Source of the DNA: Basidiobolus meristosporus CBS 931.73
Taxonomy: Eukaryota; Fungi; Basidiobolomycota
DNA: 40,599 nt
Assembly (NCBI GenBank): GCA_002104905.1
Contig: MCFE01000741.1
Coordinates: forward strand, 1-40,599
Reading direction: 5' to 3'
Made by a program: the position numbers and the translations under genes
The notes under the pieces: generated by a model
The model's database searches: none
The model's input: the letters and a program-made list of their open reading frames with translations, nothing else
What the model was told of the DNA's origin: nothing
In this document: positions 21,761 through 33,678 of the stretch, one piece after another
How the letters are laid out: each line of letters starts with the position of its first letter
Numbering within the stretch: the stretch's first letter is position 1

Positions 21761-22339
21761 ATGCGTACATTCATTGTATCCTTGATCTTGGGCCTTGCCT
21801 CTCTTCAAGCCGCCGTTGCTGCTCCAGCCCCATGCTCCGAATCATGCAACCGTGAGCATAGAAGAGTCCGTTATCGCAGGTATTCATGCTCGGACCAAGC
21901 AAGCAACTGCTACCAGCAAGTCCAGGTTCAGCCCACTGTTGAAACGCCAAACGTCCAAGTGCCATTGTTGCGTCAGGTGTTCACCACCGTGACCAGAAAG
22001 CATGACAATCTGAACACTGCCAACGCCAACAGTGACAAGAGTCTCGATGTTCAGTTTCAAGCAGGCCCTAGCCTCGAAGTAGAAGGTTCAGCTAGCGCAT
22101 CCGAGTATGCCAAACAGAAGGGTGCTGAGCACTCAGACGATGGCTCTGACTACCCTACTGTTATAATTCAGCCTGCACAAGATGAGACATACTCCACACC
22201 AGTAGTGGACACCCAATGCATCGAAGGATGTTCTGACCAAGATACACAGTACACTGAGCCCATGGTAGATGTTCAATGTGGCGATGACTGTGCTAATCAG
22301 GACTCACAGTATACTGAGCCCATGGAAGACACTCAATGA
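21761..22339 (+). CDS. Family B secreted protein (192 aa, 8 Cys), intact
   Basis: Signal peptide, CSESCNREHRRVRYRRYSCSDQASNCY, and 2.5 C-terminal 20-aa acidic repeats. Confidence 0.9.
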   Translation: MRTFIVSLILGLASLQAAVAAPAPCSESCNREHRRVRYRRYSCSDQASNCYQQVQVQPTVETPNVQVPLLRQVFTTVTRKHDNLNTANANSDKSLDVQFQAGPSLEVEGSASASEYAKQKGAEHSDDGSDYPTVIIQPAQDETYSTPVVDTQCIEGCSDQDTQYTEPMVDVQCGDDCANQDSQYTEPMEDTQ

Positions 22340-23029
22340 ACCAACGACTGCACTTGAGCCCAAATCCAATAAAATTTCATTATTCATGTTATTTTTCGCC
22401 TCGTATGGGATAGCAGAAATATAGCCGTTACCATCAAGAAAATAAGGGTATTTTACTAACTCAACACCATGCCAATTTCCGCATTTCCCTCTGATAACCC
22501 GAAGTCCAGTGACCAATCCAGGAAAAGGGTAAGAAACGTCTTGAAGTACTGCTTGAAGGTCATGGGTAGCTTATTCAATAGGTTTTATGTGGGTTTAGTC
22601 AATATGGAAATCGGGTCTCCTTGAGCATATCACCATTCCAAGAAGTTCTAACATGAGTCCGCTATTATAGAGGGTAGGATACATGATAAATAAGGAGAAT
22701 TCGGTGTGTGTCAAATCCAATAGTCTGGTGCTTTTGACTTATACTCACTGGTACCAGCAGAGTGAGAAAATACCAAAGCCCAACTATTGCTTACTACCAT
22801 TACCAGCACATAACTAATATGCACTACAGACAAATGATTCTTATTGTAATTGAGAAAATTGGTGCTTGATCGGCTCTTTCCCTTACATTAATATCTGTTG
22901 ATACTCGCCGTTGTTCCACCCATCCTTGTGGTCATGTCTCTCTTGTAACTTTTTCCTAGTATCAATTGTCAGAAACTGGAGTGATGTCGGTTATATATTA
23001 CATTATCTTATTTATTAAACCTATTCATA

Positions 23030-23465
23030 TCAATAGCTGTCTCTGTATCTACGTCTACGGTAGCGTTGTTGACAACGTTTACACGATGGTTGATCGTCGT
23101 CGTCACTCGAGTCATGAATGTCATCCTCGTCGGGAGTAAACGATTGCACAAATGTCGGTGCAGATGGTTGGTACAATGTTTGATCTACTTGCTGCACCTG
23201 GTCGTACTGATTCTGGTTGGAAAGTGCCTGAGCGTTCTGTGCGGAATTCGTCTTCACATTGTCCAACAATGGATAGGCGTTTGGGGACTCTAGTTGATAG
23301 TATGTTGGTGTATATGGCACTGAATGGCTCATTGTCGGTATTGCCATCAAAGTTCACTGGGATGCCCTGGTCTACTTGCTGGTTGTCATACGTTGCAATG
23401 GGCGATGCATAAGATGCACCGAATAGGAATACTAAGGCGGATAGAATGCGGAAAGTGCGTTGCAT
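23030..23465 (-). pseudogene. Family C gene with a single 1-bp insertion (~23322)
   Basis: ORFs 23121-23495 and 23030-23350 join into a full C. The junction reads cactgaatgg versus cactaatgg in the 19.2-kb copy. Confidence 0.85.
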
Positions 23466-24169
23466 GTTGGCTCTTGATGACACACTGGAAGGCAAACAGT
23501 TACATTTATGTATGGTTTGCTAGATTCATCAGCGATCATCAGCAACCAAACCCAGTTTACTAAATTATGAAGCAAAGGTGAGTAAAGTTAATCAGCATTT
23601 CACTTTCATTGTAATGATCAGTGAATAGGTGTTGATTAACACCGTAATCCAGGCGACCAATCACTTCAGTACAACAAGAAAAATAAATAAACATTCGTCT
23701 TCAATTCTGGGCTTGGCATACCACTTTGGAATGACATACGCGGTAGTGAAGGGACTCGCCAAAATGACTCATACTACGCCTTTTCAAGCTATGGCTTGAA
23801 GTGAGCACACAGGAATGGCTTCATTCTTACGTAGTTCTTGATTTCATAGTTGTAGAACGCTAGGCCACTCTGGTTATATAACAACCTGTAACAATCTTTG
23901 TGAGTGTTATGGGATCATGACTGAATTAATATCTTCACCAGCCTTCAGTCGATAGTATACTGAGTTAAATTTACGATGTAGCATTATGCATTGCACCAAT
24001 TAGCTTAGCTTAGCAAAAATGTAACTCACCTTCACCTCTGTCCAAGTGATCTTCCAGTGTAGCAGACGAATCTTCGAGTTGTGTTGATCTGAAACTGAAG
24101 AGCCGTAAGAATAGTGATTGTTAAGGGTATTAATGTGTATTTATCACAGCACTTCAACTGCTAGTTTCT

Positions 24170-24590
24170 AATGCCCCGACCGAGCAAGTGACTGTTAACA
24201 GCAAGTCCAAGTTCTGCATACTGTTGAAACGTCGAATGTCTAAGTGCCATTATTATGTCAAGTGTTCACCACTGTTACCAAAAAACATGGCAATCTGAGC
24301 ACTGCTAACGCTAATAGGGAAAAGAGTCTTAATGCCAAGCTGGCCCCAGCCTCGAAGTAGAAGGTTCAGCCAGCGCATCCGAGTACGCCAAACTGAAGAG
24401 TGCTGAGCAATCAGACGATGGCTCTAATTTCCCATTGTTGTGACTTAGCCTGCACAAGATGAGACATACACTACACCAGTAGTAGACACCCAATGCGTTG
24501 AAGGATGCGCTGATCAAGATACTGAAAGGAATACAAGAGATCGGCTCAGATATTATAGTGGAAATAGACACAATGAACATCATTTCACTT
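24170..24590 (+). pseudogene. Degenerate family B remnant followed by a family A 3'-end remnant
   Basis: caagtgttcaccactgttaccaaaaaacatggcaatctg and cctcgaagtagaaggttcagccagcgcatccgag match B; agatattatagtggaaatagacac matches the A tail. Confidence 0.7.
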
Positions 24591-24869
24591 GACCACCTTA
24601 TATTAAAATGAAACATCAGCATTGATTCGTAAATCACTATACTACAGCTGGAATATCAAAAGCATATGTGCATTTATTGGTGTATTTATCAGTGTATTTA
24701 TCCTCCTGTAATCATGCAAACTACGCGATGATGGTAGACAGAATGCAAATTTTCAATCTGATCAAAGTTAACTAACTATTGCTGCCATCAATGTTGTAAC
24801 CATATTATACTGGCTCCCATGCTATATATTCCAGAGTGAATTCAGCAATGAACTCAGTAGTTCTTACAG

Positions 24870-25448
24870 ATGCGTACATTCATTGTATCCTTGATCTTGG
24901 GCCTTGCCTCTCTTCAAGCCACCATTGCTGCTCCAGTCCTATGCTCCGAATCATGCAACCGTGAGCATAGAAGAGTCCGTTATCGCAGGTATTCATGCTC
25001 AGACCAAGCAAGCAACTGCTACCAGCAATCCCAGGTTCAGCCCACTGTTGAAACGTCAAACGTTCAAGTGCCACTGTTGCGTCAGGTGTTCACCACCGTG
25101 ACCAGAAAGCATGACAATCTGAACACTGCCAACGCCAACAGTGACAAGAGTCTCGATGCTCAGTTTCAGGCAGGCCCTAGCCTCGAAGTAGAAGGTTCAG
25201 CCAGCGCATCCGAGTACGCCAAACAGAAGGGTGCTGAACACTCAGACGATGGCTCTGGTTACCCCATTGTTATAGTTCAGCCTGCACAAGATGAGACATA
25301 CTCCACACCAGTAGTGGACACCCAATGCATCGAAGGATGCTCTGACCAAGATACACAGTACACTGAGCCCATGGTAGATGTTCAATGTGGCGATGACTGT
25401 GCTAATCAGGACTCACAGTATACTGAGCCCATGGAAGACACTCAATGA
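24870..25448 (+). CDS. Family B secreted protein (192 aa), intact
   Basis: Near-identical to 21761-22339. Confidence 0.9.
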   Translation: MRTFIVSLILGLASLQATIAAPVLCSESCNREHRRVRYRRYSCSDQASNCYQQSQVQPTVETSNVQVPLLRQVFTTVTRKHDNLNTANANSDKSLDAQFQAGPSLEVEGSASASEYAKQKGAEHSDDGSGYPIVIVQPAQDETYSTPVVDTQCIEGCSDQDTQYTEPMVDVQCGDDCANQDSQYTEPMEDTQ

Positions 25449-26095
25449 ACCAACGACTGCACTTGAGCCCAAATCCAATAAAGTTTCATTATTCATGTTA
25501 TTTTTCGTCTCATATGTGATAGCAGAAATATAGCCATTACCAGCATGGGAACAAGAGCATTTGACAAACTCAACACCACGCCAATTTCTTCCCTCTGATG
25601 ACCCGAAGTCCAGCTACCAATTCAGGAGAAGAGTAAGAAGCTGGTTAAGCTTGGCTATGCACGTGTTTAAGTACTGCTCGGAGGTAGTAGGATGGCTTAT
25701 TTAATAAGCTCAACCCGGACCTAGTCAATATGGAGATAGGGCATCCTAGAGTGTATCGCTATCTCAAGAAGTCCAACTATTACTCACTACCATGAGCGCA
25801 CATATAACATGCACCACAGACGAGTGATTCTTATTATAATTGAGAAATTTAGCGCTTGATCGGCTCTTTCCCTTACTTCAATCTCTGTTGATACTCGCCA
25901 TTATTCCACCCATCCCTGTGGGCACATCTCTTGTGTATCATATTTGAAAGCTTGTTTACAGAAGAATTGGGTGTACCTGATAGCCTACATGGACAGGGAC
26001 ACTGGAGTAATATCGATTGTATGATACATTAACCTATTTATTATGCTGGGATCACCATAGTCATAACATGTAGAAAGGCCAACAACCTGTTCTCA

Positions 26096-26532
26096 TCAAT
26101 AGCTGTCTCTGTATCTACGTCTACGGTGGCGTCGTTGACACTGTCTACACGCTGGCTGATTGCCATCATCACCAGAGTCTTGGTCTTCATCCTCGTCGGG
26201 AGCAAATGATTGCACATACGTCGACGCAGATGGTTGGTACAATGTCTGATCTATTTGCTGCACCTGGCCATACTGATTCCGGTTGGGAAGTGCCTGAGCA
26301 TTCTGTACGGAGTTAGTTTGAATATTGTTCAACAAGGGATAAGTAATTAGGGACTCTAGCTGGTAATCTGCCAGCGCATATGATATTAATGGTTCAGTCT
26401 CATAGTCCACTTGGACACCCTGGTCTACTTATTGATTGCCATATGTAACAATAGGCGATGCATAGGATACACCGAATAGGAATACCAATGTTGGACAAAA
26501 TGCGTGGATAAAATGCGGAAATAAGGTTGCAT
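26096..26532 (-). pseudogene. Family C pseudogene
   Basis: ATG at 26532, altered signal region, CAA->TAA stop in the YGNQ*VD segment. The downstream part remains open (26096-26410). Confidence 0.8.
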
Positions 26533-26943
26533 ATTGGCACTTAGTTACACACTGGAATACAAAAAGTTGCTCTTGTTTTTGTCAACAATCATCAGCAGCC
26601 GAAGCTCAGTTGATAGCTATTCTATGTGGCCAATCATCAATAAAAACAATCCACAGCCAATTGAACCTATGTATCATCGATCTACCCACTTCATTACCTA
26701 TACCATCATCCATTTATTGCTCACCACGACTGCTTGCCATTATTCATTATTGTTCGCAAATTGGAGAGAACAAAACCAAAATGTTTCATGTGAGGAGTCA
26801 TTGCTCATTCCACACATCCCTGTGGTCACGTCTCCTCTGATGTCAGTTGGTGTAATGTGTGTGTTGGATAGCTTACAGAAGTAGCGATTATTTTATAGGA
26901 TTTATTATGAATGCCAAACTAGTGTTATCATGACCCGATTGAA

Positions 26944-27378
26944 TCAAAAGCGGCCGCTGTATCTACTTCTACGGTAGCGTCGTTGACAACGTTTACACGA
27001 TGGCTGATCGTCGTCGTCACTCGAGTCTTCAGTGTCATCCTCGTCGGGAGTAATTGATTGCACATATGTCGGTGCAGATGGTTGGTACAATGTCTGATCT
27101 ACTTGCTGCACCTGGTCGTACTGATTCTGGTTGGAAAGTGCCTGAGCGTTCTGTGCAGAATGAGTCTGAGCGTTGTCCAACAATGGATAGGTGTCTGAGG
27201 ACTCTAGTTGATAGTATATTGGAGTGTATGACATTGACGGTTCATTGTCGGTGTTGCCACCAAAGTCCGCTGGGATACCCTGGTCTATTTGCTGGTTGTC
27301 ATACGTTGCAATGGGTGATGCATAAGATGCACCGAATAGGAATACTAAGGCGGATAGAATGCGGAAAGTGCGTTGCAT
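26944..27378 (-). CDS. Family C secreted protein (144 aa), intact
   Basis: Near-identical to 19161-19595; ATG at 27378. Confidence 0.88.
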   Translation of the reverse strand: MQRTFRILSALVFLFGASYASPIATYDNQQIDQGIPADFGGNTDNEPSMSYTPIYYQLESSDTYPLLDNAQTHSAQNAQALSNQNQYDQVQQVDQTLYQPSAPTYVQSITPDEDDTEDSSDDDDQPSCKRCQRRYRRSRYSGRF

Positions 27379-28129
27379 GTTGGCTCTTGATGACGCAGTG
27401 GAAGGCAAACAGTTGCATTTATGTATGGTTTGCTAGATTCATCAGCGATCATCAGCAACCAAACCCAGTTTACTAAATTATGAAGCAGAGGGGAGTAAAG
27501 TTAATCACCATTTCATTTTCATTGTAATGATCGATGAGTAAAAGCTGATTAACACCGTAATCCAAGCGACCAATCACTTCAATAAATAAACACTCTTCAA
27601 TTCTGCGCTGCCGCACGATTTGGTAATGACATTAGCGGTTGTGAAGAGACAAACCAAAATGACTCATACTACGCCTTTTCAAGCTATGGCTTGAGGTGAG
27701 CTCACAGGAATGGCTTCGTTCTTACGTAGTTCTTGATTTCATAGTCATAGAATTGTAACCTGCTCGGGTTATATAGCGACCTGTAGCTATTTTAATGCGT
27801 ATTATGGGATTATGAATGAATTCATATTTTACCAGTCATCATTCGGTAGCATACTGAGCTAGATTAACGATTTAGCATCAAGCGTTGCATCAACCACCAC
27901 AAGATGATACAGCGCCTCTATCCAAGGGATCTCTATTGCCGCAGATGAACTTCAAGTCGAAACATGAACCTGGATTTGTGTTGATTTCAAATTGTAGATT
28001 CATAGGAATAGTGGTTGCTAAGGGTATTAGTGTGAATATATCACTGCGACTATTAACATATGGCTTTCCAAATGCTCAATGACGTAGCTACTTTTTCTTT
28101 TGGCCGTCGTTGCTGCTTCAATACACTGT

Positions 28130-28230
28130 GCCCACGGAATATGCTCAGTGTTGTAATGATTGTGCTTAGCAGGACTCACCGACTGCAGACTTTATGGATG
28201 ACACTTAATGTACCGATAAGTGCACTTAAT
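28130..28230 (+). pseudogene. Short family B 3' remnant
   Basis: atgattgtgcttagcaggactcac...gactttatggatgacact matches the B 3' end and the remnant at ~20600. Confidence 0.5.
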
Positions 28231-28416
28231 TCAATGAATCTCGATTATCCATATGAGCCCATATCTTCACAAGTACTTAGTGGATAGTCAACCACAGCTG
28301 GACATGGCATGTGAATTCATGGCTTCAAGTGAGTCAGATATAGGATGCAGTATAATAGACTACGCCAAATACCACTATAAAGTAAGCTTACGACTGGTTT
28401 TACGCTATTCATCAAA

Positions 28417-28971
28417 ATGCAGCTTACTCTCGCTTTACTCGCTTTGTACTTTGCTTCTATCCATGCATTTCCCGCCACAGAAGATACCTCTTCTCAGGTT
28501 AGCAGCGACAACAACTTGTGCGGGGAGCAAATAAGTCCTTGCTACCAAGAAACTCAATCGCCTGCATACGACTATCAGCCGGAACAGGATGAGGGTGATA
28601 GCTATATGGATGAGAATGAGGGCGAAGATGAAGGCGAAGGTGCGGACTCAATGGATGGCACTACAACTCAGCCAGAGTCATCCTACAACATGCCCAGCTT
28701 CAATATAGCCGATATGCAACCAAGACAGGCCTTGTTGGACAGAGTGAACGCTCACTCATCCAGTGATGCTGATGCTCTGTCGAACTCCAATCAGTTTGAC
28801 CAAGCGCAGGTTGTCGACCAAATCCTTTATCAGCCTAAGCAGCAACAGCCGCGGATCATCATCACTCAGCCAGCCGCCCGTAGCTATGGCGGAGGCCAGA
28901 AGAAGTACAAGAGGTCGGCACATAGGTACTTCAAGATCAGATATTTCAGTGGGAACAGATACATTGAATAA
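28417..28971 (+). CDS. Family A secreted protein (184 aa), intact
   Basis: Near-identical to 20878-21432; TATAAA upstream at ~28376. Confidence 0.9.
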   Translation: MQLTLALLALYFASIHAFPATEDTSSQVSSDNNLCGEQISPCYQETQSPAYDYQPEQDEGDSYMDENEGEDEGEGADSMDGTTTQPESSYNMPSFNIADMQPRQALLDRVNAHSSSDADALSNSNQFDQAQVVDQILYQPKQQQPRIIITQPAARSYGGGQKKYKRSAHRYFKIRYFSGNRYIE

Positions 28972-29290
28972 ATAAAAATGTCATTTGGCCACCTAATATT
29001 GATATGAAACATCATCAGCCGTAATTCGTGAATTACCACACCAAAGCTGAAATTTTATCAAAAGCATATGCGTATATATTGGTGTATTTACCAGTGTATT
29101 TGTCGTGTTGTAACCAAATAAAGTACGCGATATCAATGCGATTGAGCCGATGATGGTAGAGCGAATACTGCTTTTCAATCTGATAAAGTTAACTAACTAT
29201 TGCTACCATCAATGTTGTAACCATGTTATAATGGTTCCCATGCTATATATTCCCGAGGGAATTCAGCAATGAACTCAGTAGTTCTCAAAG

Positions 29291-29869
29291 ATGCGTGCAT
29301 TCATTGTATCATTGATCTTGGGCCTTGCCTCTCTTCAAGCCACCATTTCTGCTCCAGTCCCATGCTCCGAATCATGCAACCGTGAGCATAGAAGAGTCCG
29401 TTATCGCAGGTATTCATGCTCGGACCAAGCAAGCAACTGCTACCAGCAAGTGCAGGTTCAGCCCACTGTTGAAACGCCAAACGTCCAAGTGCCATTGTTG
29501 CGTCAGGTGTTCACCACCGTGACCAGAAAGCATGACAATCTGAACACTGCCAACGCCAACAGTGACAAGAGTCTTGATGTTCAGTTTCAAGCAGGCCCTA
29601 GTCTCGAAGTAGAAGGTTCAGCCAGCGCATCCGAGTACGCCAAACAGAAGGATGCTGAACACTCAGACGATGGCTCTGGTTACCCCATTGTTATGGTTCA
29701 GCCTACACAAGATGAGACATACTCCACACCAGTAGTGGACACCCAATGCATCGAAGGATGCTCTGGCCAAGATGCACAGTACACTGAGCCCATGGAAGAT
29801 GTTCAATGTGGCGACAACTGTGCTGATCAGGACTCACAGTATACTGAGCCCATGGAAGACACTCAATGA
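29291..29869 (+). CDS. Family B secreted protein (192 aa), intact
   Basis: Near-identical to the other array B copies. Confidence 0.9.
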   Translation: MRAFIVSLILGLASLQATISAPVPCSESCNREHRRVRYRRYSCSDQASNCYQQVQVQPTVETPNVQVPLLRQVFTTVTRKHDNLNTANANSDKSLDVQFQAGPSLEVEGSASASEYAKQKDAEHSDDGSGYPIVMVQPTQDETYSTPVVDTQCIEGCSGQDAQYTEPMEDVQCGDNCADQDSQYTEPMEDTQ

Positions 29870-30179
29870 ACCAACGACTGCACTTAAGTCCAAATCCAAT
29901 AAAGTTACATTATTCATTTTATTTTTCGTTTCATATGTGATAGCAGAGATATAGCCATTACAAAATATGGGAACAAGAGCGTTTGACAAACTCAACACCA
30001 CGCCAATTTCCATACTTCCCTCCGATGACCCGAAGTCCAGCCACCAATTCAGGAGAGGGGTAAGAAACTGGTAAAGCTTGGCTATGCACGTCTTTAAGTC
30101 CTGCTTGGAGGTAGTGGGTGGCTCAATGATAAGCTCAACAAGGGCTTAGTCAATATGGAGATCGGACATCCTAGAGTGT

Positions 30180-30494
30180 GGCTGACCGTCATCGTCACTC
30201 AAGTCTTGGTCTTCATCCTCGTCGGGAGTAAATGGTTACACATATGTCGACGTAGATGGTTGGAAAGTGCCTGAGCATTCTGTGCGGAGTTAGTTTAAAC
30301 ATTGTCCAACAACGATAGGTGACTGGGAACTCTAGCTGATAATCTGTCGGTGCATATGGAATCGATGGTTCAGTCTCATAGTCCACTTGGACACCCTGGT
30401 CTACTTATTGGTTGCCATATGTAACAATAGGCGATGCACAGGATACACCAAATAGGAATACCAAGGTGAATAAAATGCGGAAATTACGTTGCAT
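30180..30494 (-). pseudogene. Family C pseudogene
   Basis: ATG at 30494, the same CAA->TAA stop as the 26.1-kb copy, internal deletions, 3' end lost. Confidence 0.78.
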
Positions 30495-30980
30495 ATTGGC
30501 ACTTAGTTACACACTGGAATACAAAAAGTTGCTTTTGTTTTATCAACAATCATCAGCGGCCGAAGCTCAGCTAAGTTGATAGCTATTCTAGGTGGCCAAT
30601 CATCAATAAAAACAATCCACAGCCAATTTAACTCATGTATCATCGATCTACGTATTTCATTAGCTATACCATCATCCATTTATTGCTATCCACGATTGCT
30701 CACCACTATTTCATTTTAGTAGTTTGTTCAATATTGCTCGCAAATTGGAGGGTACAAAACCAAAATGTTTCACACTATTGTTTAAGGGTTCATTGCCAGA
30801 ATGTTCATGATGCTCATTCCACTCATCCCAGTGGTCACGTCTCCGCTGTTTCTTCCGGATATCAATTGTTATAATCTTGTTTGTAGAATAAATGTGTGTG
30901 TTTTATAGCTTGCAGAAATAGCGATTATATGATGGGATTTATTATGAATGCCAAACTAGTGTTTACATGATCTGATTGAA

Positions 30981-31415
30981 TCAAGAGCTGCCTCTGTATC
31001 CACGTCTACGGTAGCGTCGTTGACAACGTTTGCACGATGGCTGATTGTCGTCGTCACTCGAGTCTTCAGTGTCATCCTCGTCGGGAGTATTTGATTGCAC
31101 ATATGTCGGTGCAGATGGTTGGTACAATGTCTGATCTACTTGCTGCACTTGCTCAAATTGATTCTGGTTGGAAAGTGCCTCAGCGTTCTGTGCAGAATTA
31201 GTCTGAGCGTTGTCCAACAATGGATAGGTGTCTGGAGACTCTAGTTGATAGTATGTTGGTGTGTATGACATCAATGGATCATTGTCGGCATTGTCACCAA
31301 AATCCACCGGGATGCCCTGATCTACTTGCTGGTTGTCATACGTTGCAATGGGCGATGCATAAGATGCACCGAATAGGAATACTAAAACGGATAGAATGTG
31401 GAAAGTGCGTTGCAT
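30981..31415 (-). CDS. Family C secreted protein (144 aa), intact
   Basis: ATG at 31415; tail variant CKRCQRRYRRRGYRGSS. Confidence 0.88.
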   Translation of the reverse strand: MQRTFHILSVLVFLFGASYASPIATYDNQQVDQGIPVDFGDNADNDPLMSYTPTYYQLESPDTYPLLDNAQTNSAQNAEALSNQNQFEQVQQVDQTLYQPSAPTYVQSNTPDEDDTEDSSDDDNQPSCKRCQRRYRRRGYRGSS

Positions 31416-31685
31416 GTTGGCTCTTGATGACACACTGGAAGGCAAACAGTTGCTTTTATGTATGGTTTGCTAGATCCATCAACGATCATCAGCAACCAAA
31501 CCCAGTTTACTAAATTATGAAGCAAAGGTGAGTAAAGTTAATCAGCATTTCACTTTCATTGCAATGATCAGTGAGTAAGAGTTGATTAACACCGTAATTC
31601 AAGCGACCAATCACTTCAGCACATCAAGAAAAATAAATCAACATTTCTCTTCAATTCTGGGCGTGCTATACCACTTTGGTATGAC

Positions 31686-32059
31686 AGGACGAGGGTGATC
31701 ACTATATGGATGAGAATGAGGGCGAAGGTGAGGACTCAATGGATGACACTTCAACTCAGCCAGAGTCATCCTACAACATGCCAAACTTCAATGTAGCCGA
31801 CATGCAACCCAGAAAGGTATTGTTGGACAGAGTGAACGTTCACTCGTTCAGTGATGCTGATGCCCTGTCGAACTCTAATCAGTTTGACCAAGCGCAGGTT
31901 GTCGACCAAATCCTCTATCAGCCTAAGCAGCAACAGCCCCAGATCATCATCACTCAGCCAGCCACCCGTGGCTACGGTGGAGGCCAGAAGAAGTACAAGA
32001 GGTCTGCATATAAGTACTTCAAGATCAGATATTTCAGTGGGAATCGATACATTGATTAA
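31686..32059 (+). pseudogene. 5'-truncated family A copy (open frame, no signal peptide)
   Basis: Begins mid-gene, fused directly to the C-upstream spacer (ccactttggtatgac|aggacgagggtgat). The motif and tail are intact. Confidence 0.8.
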
Positions 32060-32711
32060 ATAAATATATCATTAGGCTACCTAATATTAATATGAAACAT
32101 CATCAGCCGTAATCCGTGAATTACCACACTACAGCTGAAATATCAAAAGCATATGTGTATACATTGGTGTATTTATCAGTGTATTTATCGTGCTGTAACC
32201 ATATAATCTACGCGATATCAATGCGATTGAGCCGATGATGGTAGAGCGAATGCTGCTTTTCAATCTGATAAAGTGTGAGTTCATCAAAGTTAATGAACTA
32301 TTGCTACCATCACTGTTGTAACCATGTGATAATGGTTCCCATGTTATATGTTCCCGAGTGAATTTAGCAATGAACACCAGCAGAGCGATAAAATACGAAA
32401 TCCTAACTATTGCTCACTACCATTACCAGCACATAACTAATATGCATTCTTATTGAAATTTTGAAAATTGGTGCTTGTTCGGCTCTTTCCCTTACCTCAA
32501 TCTCTGCCGATACTCGCCGTTGTTCCACCCATCCCTTTGGTCATATCTCTTTTGTGGCTTTTTCCTGGTGTTTATTGTCAGAAACTGGTTCGCGGAAGAA
32601 TTGCGTGCATTTGATAGCTTACATCAATAGGGAAACTAGAGTGATGTCGATTTTACAATACATTTTCTTATTTATTATACTGGGATCACAATAGTATTAA
32701 ACCTATTCTTA

Positions 32712-33069
32712 TCAATAGCTGTCTCTGTATCTACCACTACGGTGTGCACGATGGCTGATCGTCGTCGTCACTTGAGTCTTGGATCTCATCCTCGCCTGGG
32801 GTAAATGATTGCACATATGTTGACGTAGATGGTTGGAAAGTGCCTGAGCATTTAGTGCGGAATCAGTTTGAACATTGACCAACAAGGGATAGGTGACTGG
32901 GGACTCCAGCTGGTAGTCAGTCGGTGCATATGGCATCGATGGTTCAGTCCCCATAGTCCACCGGGACACCTAGGTCTACTTGTTGGCTACCATATGTAGC
33001 AATGGACGATGCACAGGATACACCGAATAGGAATACCAAGGTGGATAAGATGCGGAAATTACGTTGCAT
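32712..33069 (-). pseudogene. Family C pseudogene
   Basis: ATG at 33069, a frameshift after VPVDY, and a deletion within the N/Q motif. Confidence 0.8.
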
Positions 33070-33678
33070 GTTACACACTGTAATGTAAACAGTTGCTTTA
33101 TGTTTGATGGACAAGATTTATCAACGATCATCAGCAATTGAAGCTCAGTTGAGTGAAGCTAATCCTATGTTGATAGCTATTCTACGTGGCCAATCATCAA
33201 AGGACAAAAATTAGGATAAAAACAATGCACAGCCAATTGAACCTATGTACCATCGATCTACATTGCTTATATCATCATCTATCTGTTGCTCACCACAACT
33301 ACTCACCACTATTCCATTTTAGTAATTTAACCATTTATAGAAACCAAAATGATTCACACTATCATGTGAGGAGTCGTTACCAGAATGCTGGTACCTATTG
33401 AATGTTCATTATTGTTCTCTATCATGATGCTCTGAACATATATGGCTGACAGAAGAGTGCTGCGTATTCCTATCTATACTTGATTGTTTCTGTTGATCCT
33501 CATTCCACTCATCCCTGTGGTCACGTCTCCGCTATTTCTTTCTGATGTCAGTTGGTATAATCTTGCTTGCAGAAGAAATATGCGTTCGATAGCTTGCAGA
33601 AATAGCAATTATTTGATAGGTTTATTATGAATGCCAAACTAGTGTTTACACGATCCGATTTCATCAAAAGCCGCCTCT

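Noticed and set aside
21771-21992. Recurrent 64-65 aa ORFs (MPLFKPP..., MALGRLAF...) in every B copy, and MLMLCRT... ORFs in A copies
   Set aside because: Alternative-frame or antisense shadows of B and A.
29021-29036. Palindrome GTAATTC-GT-GAATTAC downstream of A
   Set aside because: Perfect in only one copy; the equivalents near 17586, 21482 and 32109 are broken, so there is no sign of constraint.
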